Positions 19,139-28,659 are shown, counted from the stretch's first letter. The stretch is DNA of 64,000 nucleotides from an uncultured Chitinophagales bacterium (GCA_964550435.1 CAZJZI010000005.1:10713-74712); one strand, 5' to 3'. The notes: a model not told the origin generated them from the letters alone. Numbers and translations: made by a program.

Positions 19139-19681
19139 ATGAAAAAGCCATCGGCATTCAGTCTGGCTATGTCTGCGATATCACTCATGATCTTCTGGAC
19201 GATCATGAGTGGATTCCTTGATGCTGTTCACCTATCTATGGGTGTGTTCTCGGTTGCCCTTGCAATGCTGCTGAACTACAGACTTAAATCACACCGTTTT
19301 TTTGAAGACGACATGAACGACATCAAGGATTTGCGTTTCGGTCATGCGATTTTCTACTTCTTTTGGATGATAGTACAGGTTTTTAAGTCCGCCATTCATG
19401 TCGCGAAAGTAATTATCAGTCCATCGATGCCGACAAACCTTGCTATGGTTCAGTTTAGGGTAAATCTACCTAACGCGCATGCAAAAATGATTCTAGGTAA
19501 CTCAATCACACTAACACCGGGAACAGTTACAGTATCTATTGAAGACGATATCTTCGTTGTACATGGATTGGATGACAATTCATTTGAAGGTATTCTAAAT
19601 GATGAAATGCCCCAACAGGTCCTGAAACTGTTCAAGTCTGAGGTGCACCCAGTGGTAAGTGACATTAAATATCTATCCTAA
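19139..19681 (+). CDS. mnhE: Mrp/Mnh cation:proton antiporter subunit E
   Basis: MnhE-like N-terminal TM pair and ITLTPGTV motif; first gene of the Mrp operon. Confidence 0.8.
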   Translation: MKKPSAFSLAMSAISLMIFWTIMSGFLDAVHLSMGVFSVALAMLLNYRLKSHRFFEDDMNDIKDLRFGHAIFYFFWMIVQVFKSAIHVAKVIISPSMPTNLAMVQFRVNLPNAHAKMILGNSITLTPGTVTVSIEDDIFVVHGLDDNSFEGILNDEMPQQVLKLFKSEVHPVVSDIKYLS

Positions 19682-19694
19682 TATCTCTAAATTC

Positions 19695-19970
19695 ATGGAG
19701 AGCGTTTTTTTATACAGTGCGGTTCTTCTTACGGTGATTATTGCGGTTCCATTGATACGTGTTATCAAGGGCCCTACCGTTTTTGACCGAATCCTCGCCA
19801 CTAATGCAATTGCATCCAAAACAATTGTATTGATTTTATTGATTGGATCTTTGTTTGATAGACTTGATATGTTTATTGATATCACGCTAGCATACGCAAT
19901 TTTGGGTTTTATTGGTGCTCTCATCATCTCCAAGTATTTAATCACCACGCAGGAGGAGAAGAATGATTGA
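19695..19970 (+). CDS. mnhF: Mrp/Mnh antiporter subunit F
   Basis: A 91-aa three-TM protein (RVIKGPTVFDRILA motif). I prefer the ATG at 19695 (after the mnhE stop) to the track start at 19659. Confidence 0.75.
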   Translation: MESVFLYSAVLLTVIIAVPLIRVIKGPTVFDRILATNAIASKTIVLILLIGSLFDRLDMFIDITLAYAILGFIGALIISKYLITTQEEKND

Positions 19971-20301
19971 GTTACAGCAGATATTAGTCATCATTTTTGT
20001 GCTTTCAGGAATATTTTTTATGACTGTTGGTAGTATTGGGATTCTTCGACTTCCTGATTTTGTTGCTCGTACCCACGCTATATCAAAAAGTGATACACTG
20101 GGTATTATTTTGGTAATTGTGGGTCTCATTATTCATGAAGGAGTTGGATTTACCAGTGCAAAATTGTTTTTAGTTGTTTTGTTTATTGCTTTAGCAAACC
20201 CAGTCGGGTCACATGCGCTGGTTCTCGCTGCTATCAAAAAGGGAATCAAACCAATCATTCAAAACAAGGGAAATAACTCAGCCCCAAAGGAGGATAAATG
20301 A
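19963..20301 (+). CDS. mnhG: Mrp/Mnh antiporter subunit G
   Basis: GSIGILRLPDFVARTHAISKSDTLG signature; 8-nt overlap with mnhF. Confidence 0.85.
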   Translation: MIELQQILVIIFVLSGIFFMTVGSIGILRLPDFVARTHAISKSDTLGIILVIVGLIIHEGVGFTSAKLFLVVLFIALANPVGSHALVLAAIKKGIKPIIQNKGNNSAPKEDK

Positions 20302-20543
20302 TCTGGGAACTCGAACTTGTCCTCTATATTTTCCTTACAATTGCCGCTTTTTTGGCTATTGAGGCAAAAGACTTATTAGTAGCTGTTGTAATGACCTCCG
20401 TTTTCAGCTTTGTCATAGCACTGCTCTTTATCACAATGGGTGCTGTCGATGTTGGATTTACAGAAGCCGTAGTAGGAGCTGGTGTTACTGGTATTCTGTA
20501 TGTACTTGTATTATATAAAACTACGCGGGAGACAAAAGATTGA
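20298..20543 (+). CDS. DUF4040 / MbhD-like membrane subunit (equivalent to part of the MrpA C-terminal region)
   Basis: An 81-aa protein with the AVDVGFTEAVVGAGV motif; ATGA overlap with mnhG. Confidence 0.65.
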   Translation: MIWELELVLYIFLTIAAFLAIEAKDLLVAVVMTSVFSFVIALLFITMGAVDVGFTEAVVGAGVTGILYVLVLYKTTRETKD

Positions 20544-20839
20544 AACTACTTAAGATATTTGTGCTCGTTGCATTCGCGGGATTGATGATTTATGCTTCTT
20601 CTGATCTTCCATTCCGTGGTGATCCTAATAATTCCATGCATGCCGAAGAAAGTCTAACCGGGACACCTGTAATGGGGAATTACTTTATTCAAAATGCATA
20701 TCGTGATGCTAAAACACCAAATATAGTTACCGTCGTTCTTGGTGACTATCGTGGTATCGATACCCTTGGCGAGCAGGTAGTAATATTTACCGCTGGTATG
20801 ATTGCATTACTTATCCTAAGAAGAGCTCGGAGAGATTAA
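20540..20839 (+). CDS. MnhB-related / MbhE-like small membrane subunit
   Basis: NIVTVVLGDYRGIDTLGEQ motif, characteristic of the MrpA-C/MnhB region; overlaps the previous stop. Confidence 0.6.
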   Translation: MKLLKIFVLVAFAGLMIYASSDLPFRGDPNNSMHAEESLTGTPVMGNYFIQNAYRDAKTPNIVTVVLGDYRGIDTLGEQVVIFTAGMIALLILRRARRD

Positions 20840-20841
20840 CC

Positions 20842-21282
20842 ATGGATAAACAGTTCTATAGTCCAATCATCCTACTCGGAGCCAGGCTGCTAAGTCCATA
20901 TATCTTCATCTTTGGGATGTATGTGATTTTTCACGGTCATTACAGTCCGGGTGGTGGATTTCAGGGTGGCGCACTACTTGCAGCATCCGTTTTGCTGATG
21001 CGTGTTGCGGCGGGACAAGAAATCGGATTTAGTCAACTCAAGGGCAAACTCACACATCCATTGGGAATTGTTGGAGTTATAATCTATTTCGGTACCGGAT
21101 TATTGGCATTTACAACTGGAGGATACTTCCTGGACTATGGATCACTACCTGTTTCAGGCATTGACCCGGCCATGTTGCGCTTCTGGGGAATATTGACCAT
21201 CGAAATAGGAATCGGAGCTGCGGTAATGGCCATTTTGGTATCACTTTACGACAATATTGTACAAGGAGAGGACCATGATTGA
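20842..21282 (+). CDS. mnhB: Mrp/Mnh antiporter subunit B
   Basis: GHYSPGGGFQGGALLAASVLL motif. Confidence 0.8.
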   Translation: MDKQFYSPIILLGARLLSPYIFIFGMYVIFHGHYSPGGGFQGGALLAASVLLMRVAAGQEIGFSQLKGKLTHPLGIVGVIIYFGTGLLAFTTGGYFLDYGSLPVSGIDPAMLRFWGILTIEIGIGAAVMAILVSLYDNIVQGEDHD

Positions 21283-21646
21283 GTTTATCACAGGCCATTA
21301 TGCATATTGGTTTTCGATTATTTTGATGTGTATTGGGCTTTATGGAATGATGTTTAAAAAGAATCTGGTCAAAAAGACCATCTCTCTTTCCATCTTTCAG
21401 GCATCAATAATCCTATTTTTTGTATCCGTAGCATCTAAATGGGATGCAACTGTCCCGGTTAAATCTGATGACTTACCGGTTAGTCAGGTCGAGCTGTATC
21501 TGAATCCACTCCCTCATACACTTATGCTTACCGCAATCGTAGTAGGTGTGGCAACACTAGGTGTAGCATTCACTTTTTTGATGGCCATTTACAACAGGTA
21601 TCAGACACTCGATGAACAGGAACTCTTAGAGAAAATGAACAACTGA
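21275..21646 (+). CDS. mnhC: Mrp/Mnh antiporter subunit C (NuoK-like)
   Basis: Three TM segments, NuoK-like. I prefer the ATG at 21275 (AGGAG upstream, 8-nt overlap with mnhB) over 21257. Confidence 0.8.
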   Translation: MIEFITGHYAYWFSIILMCIGLYGMMFKKNLVKKTISLSIFQASIILFFVSVASKWDATVPVKSDDLPVSQVELYLNPLPHTLMLTAIVVGVATLGVAFTFLMAIYNRYQTLDEQELLEKMNN

Positions 21647-23124
21647 TGGAAATGCATTTTCCGGCGCTCATTGCGCTAAACTATTTATTGTTTTCACTGC
21701 TCATCGCACTTTTTGGATTTTGGAAGCCTAGACTTTCGCATCCACTTGCTGTAACTGGAGCTTCAATATCCTCAGTTTTGTCTGTTTTAACCTTCTTTTC
21801 GTACATAAATGAAGGTAGTTTAAGATATACTTTCGGCGGATGGCAACCACCCATTGGGATTGAGTTCGTATATGATGGACTTTCCGGATTTATACTAATT
21901 GTTATTAATACAATTGCAGCTATAGTCCTTCTTTATTCGGGACACAGCACAAAAAGAGAGCTTCCTGACAAAATTGCCGCTTACTACACCCTTACCATGC
22001 TTCTCATGCTTGGGTTTACCGGGATGGTGTTAACTGGTGACCTCTTCAATTTGTATGTATTTCTCGAGGTATCATCGCTTTCAAGCTATGCTTTAATAGC
22101 AATTGGAAACAAAAAAGCTCATTACTCTGCATTCAGATACCTAATAATAGGTACACTAGGTGGAACACTTTATTTATTCGGTGTCGGATTCCTTTACACA
22201 GTGACTGGAACCTTGAACATCATCGATATGCATGCAATTCTGATGCAGATTGGTGACTCAAGAGCGATATTTACAGCTTTACTTCTCATAATTGTTGGGG
22301 TTGGAATCAAGGCGGCTATATTCCCTATGCACGGATGGTTGCCTGAATCGTACGCTAATACTAATTCAGCTACATCTGCACTTATTCCACCAATTGGGAC
22401 CAAAGTAGCAGCTTATATTTTGTTCAGAGTGTTCTACTATGTGTATGGAATTGAATTAGTAGATGCTCATATCCCGGTCACTTTATTTTTGGGAATTCTT
22501 GCTGCGATTGGAATTCTATACGGCTCCATTATGGCTATTGCCCAGACCGATCTAAAGCGGATGCTTGCATACAGTAGTATCGCCCAGATTGGATATATAA
22601 TAATGGGACTAAGCCTTGCAAATCCATGGGCTTTTGCCGGAGCACTTTTGCACGTTCTCGCTCACGCTGTAATGAAGGGTGGACTGTTTATGGTGAGTGG
22701 TAATCTAATGTATAAAGAAGGCCACACAGATATTACTAAGTTTAATGATTCATATCGTCGTAAATACCCGTTTACAATGGCAGCATTTACGGTTGCAGCC
22801 ATATCCATGGTTGGATTACCACCACTGGCCGGATTCTTTAGTAAGTGGTATCTCGTTCTAGGTACGGTTGATGCATCTAACTGGTTTTTCCTTGCTGCAA
22901 TCCTAATTAGCTCTCTGCTCAATGCCGTTTATTTCTTCCGAATTCTTGAGAAAGTATACATGAAGAATCCGGAAATAAAACAAGCCAAAGCCGATGATAG
23001 TCCACGGGACGAGGCGCCATTTGTCATGGTATTAACAACAGTAATTATGGCAATTGCACTTATTGTAATCGGATTTGGTAATGCAACGATTGTAGAGTTT
23101 CTAATAAAATTATATCCAATGTAA
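21646..23124 (+). CDS. mnhD: Antiporter-like subunit 1 (MrpD/NuoN family proton-conducting membrane transporter)
   Basis: FPMHGWLPESY, LAYSSIAQIGYI and HAVMKGGLF motifs; the start overlaps the mnhC stop. Confidence 0.85.
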   Translation: MEMHFPALIALNYLLFSLLIALFGFWKPRLSHPLAVTGASISSVLSVLTFFSYINEGSLRYTFGGWQPPIGIEFVYDGLSGFILIVINTIAAIVLLYSGHSTKRELPDKIAAYYTLTMLLMLGFTGMVLTGDLFNLYVFLEVSSLSSYALIAIGNKKAHYSAFRYLIIGTLGGTLYLFGVGFLYTVTGTLNIIDMHAILMQIGDSRAIFTALLLIIVGVGIKAAIFPMHGWLPESYANTNSATSALIPPIGTKVAAYILFRVFYYVYGIELVDAHIPVTLFLGILAAIGILYGSIMAIAQTDLKRMLAYSSIAQIGYIIMGLSLANPWAFAGALLHVLAHAVMKGGLFMVSGNLMYKEGHTDITKFNDSYRRKYPFTMAAFTVAAISMVGLPPLAGFFSKWYLVLGTVDASNWFFLAAILISSLLNAVYFFRILEKVYMKNPEIKQAKADDSPRDEAPFVMVLTTVIMAIALIVIGFGNATIVEFLIKLYPM

Positions 23125-23172
23125 CGGTTGCTACTGGCAACCTCGCTGTTTTCACCTTTAAATTGTTGATCC

Positions 23173-24645
23173 ATGGATCATTCTTTGGTTCCTTTACTGG
23201 CGATTCTGGTTTCACTTATAGCAGTGATCCCAATTCTATTGAGTTCATCCAAACCCAATCTGCGGGAAACGTGGACCATATTGGCTGCCGTCATCAAATT
23301 TGGCCTAGTACTTACACTCCTTCCTGGAGCATTAAATGGACATACGGTAATATTACCGCTTTTTGACCTTGCGCCGGGCATACCTCTGCTTCTTAAAGCT
23401 GATCCAATGGGGGTCTTTTTTGCTACTATTGCTTCTGGTTTGTGGATATTTACCTCATTCTACTCAATTGGATATGTTCGAGGTGCAGGTGAACACAAAC
23501 AAACCCGGTATTTTGCCAGTTTTGCTGTGTGTTTATCCGCGACCATTGGAATCGCTTTCTCCGGTAATCTTGTAACATTCATTTTGTTCTATGAAATGCT
23601 TACACTGGCTACATACCCACTTGTGATTCATAATGAGAAAAAAGAAGCCATACAAGCCGGGCGAAAGTATCTCGGATTTACACTTACTGCTGGACTTCTA
23701 CTCATAGCCGCAACAGCGCTTGTTTATCACTACACCGGTTCTGTCGACTTTGTGGCTGGTGGACTCTTTAACGGAGTTGATATTCCCTATGTGAATATGC
23801 TGATTATATTCATGTTGTTTCTGGGAGCAGTAGGTGTTAAAGCGGGAATTATGCCTATTCATGGATGGTTGCCTGCCGCTATGGCAGCGCCAACACCTGT
23901 AAGCGCCTTGTTACATGCCGTTGCAGTTGTTAAATCAGGCGTATTTGCAGTTATAAGAGTCGTTGGTTTTGTAATTGGAACTGATGTGATGGGAAACTAT
24001 GGACTAAACGATATTCTAATCGTTCTGTCGGGTACAACCATTATTGTGGCATCACTTATAGCGTTTGCTCAGGATAACCTTAAACGACGATTAGCCTATT
24101 CAACAGTTGGTCATCTTTCTTACATCGTTCTTGGTGTTGCCTTGCTCACTCCCTTAGGAATGCAAGGAAGCATCATGCACATTGCTGCACACGCAACAAT
24201 GAAGATTACATTGTTCTTCGTAGCAGGTGCTATATATGTTAACCTACACAAGACGGAGATTAGTCAACTCAACGGAATAGCCAAGGTAATGCCTTGGACC
24301 ATGGCTGCTTTTACAATCGGTTCGCTTGGGCTGGCCGGCGTACCACCACTAAATGGATTCTTGAGTAAGTGGTATCTGGCAATCGGATCATTACAAGGAG
24401 ATATGGTATTACCAGTCGTAATTCTTGTGATCAGTGGGCTTTTGAATATTGGCTATTTCTTTCCAATTATTCACAGAGCCTACTTCAGAAAAGGTGAGGG
24501 ACTTGAAAAATATGGTGAGGCATCTCCCTTTATGGTTGTTCCGTTAATGGTTACTGCGATTCTGTCGATTTTATTCGGACTCTTCCCAGACTTGTTCTTT
24601 GGATTTTTCCAGTTAGCGAGCGCTGTGGCCGCTTCATTGTTTTAA
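23173..24645 (+). CDS. Antiporter-like subunit 2 (MrpD/NuoM family)
   Basis: MPIHGWLPAAMAAPTPVSALLHA, LAYSTVGHLSYI and HATMKITLF motifs. Confidence 0.85.
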   Translation: MDHSLVPLLAILVSLIAVIPILLSSSKPNLRETWTILAAVIKFGLVLTLLPGALNGHTVILPLFDLAPGIPLLLKADPMGVFFATIASGLWIFTSFYSIGYVRGAGEHKQTRYFASFAVCLSATIGIAFSGNLVTFILFYEMLTLATYPLVIHNEKKEAIQAGRKYLGFTLTAGLLLIAATALVYHYTGSVDFVAGGLFNGVDIPYVNMLIIFMLFLGAVGVKAGIMPIHGWLPAAMAAPTPVSALLHAVAVVKSGVFAVIRVVGFVIGTDVMGNYGLNDILIVLSGTTIIVASLIAFAQDNLKRRLAYSTVGHLSYIVLGVALLTPLGMQGSIMHIAAHATMKITLFFVAGAIYVNLHKTEISQLNGIAKVMPWTMAAFTIGSLGLAGVPPLNGFLSKWYLAIGSLQGDMVLPVVILVISGLLNIGYFFPIIHRAYFRKGEGLEKYGEASPFMVVPLMVTAILSILFGLFPDLFFGFFQLASAVAASLF

Positions 24646-24678
24646 CACCCCAATTACACATTGATAACTTGAATTAAT

Positions 24679-24894
24679 ATGAAAAAATGGCATTGGGTAG
24701 CTTTAGGAGTTTTGACCGTAATCAGTTTGATTCTGGAGTTCACTTTCCTGGCTGATTATGATTCGCATTGGTGGAATTCTATCCCGGCATTTTATGCAAT
24801 ATGGGGTTTCCTGAGCTGTATTGTGATAATTTATGTTTCTAAATGGCTCGGAAAATTGTTCATCTTTAGAAAAGAAAATTACTATGATAACTGA
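24679..24894 (+). CDS. Small two-TM membrane protein embedded in the Mrp operon
   Basis: A 71-aa ORF with two hydrophobic helices. Its 3' end overlaps the next subunit's start by 11 nt. I recognise no family. Confidence 0.4.
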   Translation: MKKWHWVALGVLTVISLILEFTFLADYDSHWWNSIPAFYAIWGFLSCIVIIYVSKWLGKLFIFRKENYYDN

Positions 24895-26605
24895 AATGTT
24901 ATTTTTCCCGGCTCTCGTACTGTTCTTAGGAGCGGCTATATTATCTGTTATTCCATGTAAGTACAGATCCAGCGCATTCTTAGTGTTTCCGGCACTTGCT
25001 CTTTTTGCAGTGTTCTCAATGCCGGATGGGTACACACTTACCATTCCTTTCGCAAGTTATGAACTAAACCCGGTCAATGTAGATGCTCTTAGTAGAGTAT
25101 TTGGTATAATATTTGCCTTTATCGCAATTGTTGGTGGTGTTTACGCATTTCATATTCAGGATAAAACCCAACAACTATCTGCACTGATATATGCAGGTGG
25201 TGCACTCGGGGTCACATTTGCCGGCGATTGGTTTACACTTTTTGTGTTCTGGGAAATCATGGCCGTTTCATCCACCTATCTAATTTGGGCTCGTAAGGAG
25301 TCAGACTCAGATACAGTTGGACTGCGATATTTACTTGTTCATATTTTTGGTGGTGGATTACTGTTTAGTGGAATATTGATGCATATTGCTCAAACTGGCA
25401 GTGTCACTATTACTGCTCTACCTGATGAATACACTATTTCGTCGGTTCTTATGCTATTAGGGGTAGCTCTCAATTCTGCAATTCCTCCACTCCATGCATG
25501 GCTTGCCGATGCATATCCACGTGCTACCATCACTGGTGCTGTGTTCATGTCAGCTTTTACAACCAAATCCGCAGTATATGTTCTTATAAGAGTATTTCCA
25601 GGATGGGATATACTCTTATGGCTAGGGGTTGTTATGGCATTATATGGGGTTGTTTATGCGGTATTAGCAAATGATATCAGACAAATTCTTGCTTATCACA
25701 TTGTGAGTCAGGTGGGATATATGGTGGCTGGTGTCGGACTGGGGACAGAGATGGCCTTAAATGGAACAGCGGCCCATGCATTCAGCCACATATTATATAA
25801 GTCTCTACTTTTCATGGGGGCAGGTGTAGTATTGTATTCCACAGGTAAAAGTAAGTTGACCGAACTTGGAGGATTTGCTTCAAAAATGAAGGTGGTGGTC
25901 TTTCTATACATGATTGGTGCGTTCTCAATTTCTGGTTTCCCATTCTTTAATGGATTCATTAGCAAGTCTATGATTGTGTCTGCAATGGGCAACGCTCATG
26001 CTGAAACGGCCATGCTGTTACTTATTTTAGCATCCGTGGGTACGTTCCTTCACACAGGACTTAAACTCCCATATTTTACATGGTTTGGTGAGGCTAATTC
26101 TGAAATAACAGTTAAACCCATCCCACAAAATATGATTGTTGCAATGGGTATCGGAGCTTTTTTCTGTACTTTATTTGGCGTGTATCCTGATTTGCTCTAC
26201 AGATACCTTCCTTACGCCAATGACTATCAACCATATACCATTTATCATTTTGTTGAAATGATCCAAATTCTTGTATTTACTTTTGTTGGATTCTGGCTAC
26301 TTCGTGGCAAATTGTCGGGCGAACCATACCTGGCACTAGACACTGATTGGTTCTATCGTAAACCGGCGGCGCTCGTTAAGAGAATATTTGTTTATGGTGT
26401 AGACAAGACATTTGATAAAGCTGAAGATGTAGTTTTAAGTACTCGGGTTGCTGTATCTAAAAGATTTATTAATCCAATGCAATGGCTTAATCCATTTACA
26501 TCCTCTTCAAACCAGGCTAAAAGCTATAGCTCTGGTATTGAAGTTGTTCTCGCTTTTATTCTAATGGTATTCGGAATTATTTCTCTGGTCTATTTTTTGG
26601 TATAA
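24884..26605 (+). CDS. Antiporter-like subunit 3 (longer MrpA-N/NuoL-like or MrpD-like, 573 aa)
   Basis: PPLHAWLADAYPRATITGAVFMSAFTTKSAVY, LAYHIVSQVGYM and HAFSHILYKSLLF motifs. I prefer the ATG at 24884 (MITEMLFFPAL) over the track start at 24833. Confidence 0.8.
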   Translation: MITEMLFFPALVLFLGAAILSVIPCKYRSSAFLVFPALALFAVFSMPDGYTLTIPFASYELNPVNVDALSRVFGIIFAFIAIVGGVYAFHIQDKTQQLSALIYAGGALGVTFAGDWFTLFVFWEIMAVSSTYLIWARKESDSDTVGLRYLLVHIFGGGLLFSGILMHIAQTGSVTITALPDEYTISSVLMLLGVALNSAIPPLHAWLADAYPRATITGAVFMSAFTTKSAVYVLIRVFPGWDILLWLGVVMALYGVVYAVLANDIRQILAYHIVSQVGYMVAGVGLGTEMALNGTAAHAFSHILYKSLLFMGAGVVLYSTGKSKLTELGGFASKMKVVVFLYMIGAFSISGFPFFNGFISKSMIVSAMGNAHAETAMLLLILASVGTFLHTGLKLPYFTWFGEANSEITVKPIPQNMIVAMGIGAFFCTLFGVYPDLLYRYLPYANDYQPYTIYHFVEMIQILVFTFVGFWLLRGKLSGEPYLALDTDWFYRKPAALVKRIFVYGVDKTFDKAEDVVLSTRVAVSKRFINPMQWLNPFTSSSNQAKSYSSGIEVVLAFILMVFGIISLVYFLV

Positions 26606-26626
26606 CCATCAGTTCTAAACATAAAT

Positions 26627-26668
26627 AAAGCCCCCTTTTTTCTGGACAGAAGGGGGCTTTTTCTTTTT
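26627..26668. terminator. Bidirectional intrinsic terminator
   Basis: GCCCCCTT (26630-26637) / AAGGGGGC (26650-26657) stem flanked by an A-run and a T-run, between the end of the Mrp operon and the convergent gene. Confidence 0.7.
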
Positions 26669-26680
26669 AAAATGGAGTAG

Positions 26681-27664
26681 TTAATTCCATTCTACATTTA
26701 CGCTACCACCGCTAGTTCTCATCGAAATTGCGTAACCTCCGCCATTCATAGATCCCGACACTGAACTGCGCTTTGTTTCACCGGTGAAGTTTTGCAATGG
26801 GATGTTAACGGAATTTCCTTTGAGATCCAGATTATATCCCAGTCCATTAGGTAGTGTAGCTCTTATTGTTCCACCACTTGTTCTGAGGGAAATTGGACCC
26901 TCAACTTTCAGCATGTTTGCTCTTATTGATCCACCACTTGTTGAAGCGTCTACCTCGCCTGAGAGATTATCAAGATTTATACTACCACCAGACGTAGAAA
27001 GCTCAACTTTTCCAGCGGTGTTCTTAGCAGAAATACTTCCGCCACTTGTTCTAACATTGATTTCGCCTCCAGACTCATTCAATGAAATGGAGCCACCGCT
27101 AGTTCTTGCATCGACAACCCCGCCAAGATTATTCAAACTCAATGAACCACCTGAAGTACGTGCTTGAAGTGACCCGTTAAGTTCATCCAATGATATTGAT
27201 CCACCGCTAGTTCGAACGTCTATATTGAAATTTACAGGTACAAGCACCTCAAAGGAGATGGACTCATTATTTCGTGAAAGTATGGTCTGTCGGATATTTT
27301 TTCTTTCTGCACTTGCAATTATTGTATTGCCCGATTTTGTTATTTCAATATCGAAGTTAGAAAGATCCGTGTCCTCTGGAAGAAGGTACTTTCCGCCCCT
27401 TCGAACATACATTCTGACTTCTGCTTCGTCTACATCCGCACCTTTAACTTTAATGCTTCCTCCGGATGTTCGTAGCTCCAGATTTTCACCAGATGATGCA
27501 GCAAAGCGGTGCACACTATAGGCGTTACTGTTGTCCTGTTTTTTGTATTTATAGTAGATATAGTCTAATCGTGTACTGTCATTATCTAATACTGTATTTC
27601 CTGCTCCCATGAAGATGAGAGCGCCCATAATTATTATAGCTGATAAACTTTTAAACATATTCAT
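26681..27664 (-). CDS. DUF4097-type beta-strand-repeat protein (putative adhesin/beta-helix), secreted
   Basis: N-terminal hydrophobic signal. Nine (R/S)TSGGS(I/L/V) motifs in total, seven of them consecutive with an 18-19 aa period. Confidence 0.7.
   Translation of the reverse strand: MNMFKSLSAIIIMGALIFMGAGNTVLDNDSTRLDYIYYKYKKQDNSNAYSVHRFAASSGENLELRTSGGSIKVKGADVDEAEVRMYVRRGGKYLLPEDTDLSNFDIEITKSGNTIIASAERKNIRQTILSRNNESISFEVLVPVNFNIDVRTSGGSISLDELNGSLQARTSGGSLSLNNLGGVVDARTSGGSISLNESGGEINVRTSGGSISAKNTAGKVELSTSGGSINLDNLSGEVDASTSGGSIRANMLKVEGPISLRTSGGTIRATLPNGLGYNLDLKGNSVNIPLQNFTGETKRSSVSGSMNGGGYAISMRTSGGSVNVEWN
26855..27220 (-). repeat. Coding tandem repeat block (seven units of about 54-57 bp) inside the DUF4097 gene
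   Basis: TSGGS(I/L) motifs at aa 151, 169, 187, 205, 224, 242 and 261 of the protein. The mirrored PPLV periodicity appears in the antisense ORF. Confidence 0.7.
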
Positions 27665-27807
27665 TGTGTTTCCTCACCGATTGATTGTGAATTTCGGAGT
27701 GTTTATACGACCCAACTGGTAAAATGTTTAGAAAAGGGCTTCCTATTGATTAAACAGACTAGAAAAATCCATAAATTTGGGCATCAATTTAATCTAATCA
27801 CACCCCT

Positions 27808-28659
27808 ATGAAGTTACCATTTGCACTGGCAAAGAGATTTGTTGCCGGAGAAGCCTTTGAGCAGGCTGTTTCCAAAGTTAAAGATCTGAATGATAAAGGT
27901 ATTGCAGTCACATTAGACTTACTCGGTGAAAATGTAACAGAGAAAAAAGTAGCCGATGATACCAGGGAGGAGTATAAAGATCTTATCAAAGGTATATCAG
28001 ACCTTGGATTGAATTCCAGCATTTCGATCAAATTAACCATGATGGGTTTAGATATTGACCGAAACTATACAAGAGATAACCTTTTTTCACTTTTGGATGT
28101 AGCCAAAGAGCACAACAGTTTTGTCCGAATTGACATGGAAGGGACTGACTACACGCAGGAAACCGTTGATATCTTTAAAGAAGCTCAGAAAGTTTATGGG
28201 AGTAGTGTAGGAATTGTAATTCAAGCATACTTGCACCGATCTAAGGGCGACATCGATGATTTGGCGTCTGTAGGGGCAGACGTTCGATTATGCAAAGGAG
28301 CATACAGTGAACCTGAGCGATTGGCTATTCAAAAAATGCCACAGATTCGTGATGCCTATAAAGAATATGCCAAAGTACTTCTTGCTAAAACACCCTATCC
28401 CAGAATGGCTACACATGATGATCAACTAATCGATTTTATTAAATCATATGTTGCTGAGCAAGGCTTAGACAAGTCTCGATTTGAGTTTCAAATGCTTTAT
28501 GGTCTACGTCAGGACACCTGTGAGCAAATGGTCAAAGATGGATATAATGTAAGGGTATATGTACCATATGGCACGATGTGGGTTCCATACTTTACACGAC
28601 GACTGAAGGAGAGAAAAGAAAATGTATTCTTTGTACTCTCTAATCTATTTAAGAAATAG
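27808..28659 (+). CDS. Proline dehydrogenase family protein (monofunctional)
   Basis: RFVAGEAFEQAV...KGIAVTLDLLGE N-terminus, LCKGAY, and C-terminal YVPYG...YFTRRLKERKEN, typical of small PutA-type proline dehydrogenases. Confidence 0.8.
   Translation: MKLPFALAKRFVAGEAFEQAVSKVKDLNDKGIAVTLDLLGENVTEKKVADDTREEYKDLIKGISDLGLNSSISIKLTMMGLDIDRNYTRDNLFSLLDVAKEHNSFVRIDMEGTDYTQETVDIFKEAQKVYGSSVGIVIQAYLHRSKGDIDDLASVGADVRLCKGAYSEPERLAIQKMPQIRDAYKEYAKVLLAKTPYPRMATHDDQLIDFIKSYVAEQGLDKSRFEFQMLYGLRQDTCEQMVKDGYNVRVYVPYGTMWVPYFTRRLKERKENVFFVLSNLFKK

Noticed and set aside
26784-27167. 127-aa + strand ORF with striking PPLV(L) periodicity
   Set aside because: It is the reverse-complement reading of the TSGGS repeat block of the DUF4097 gene. 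That gene has a signal peptide and a family-typical motif, so the periodicity is a mirror artefact.
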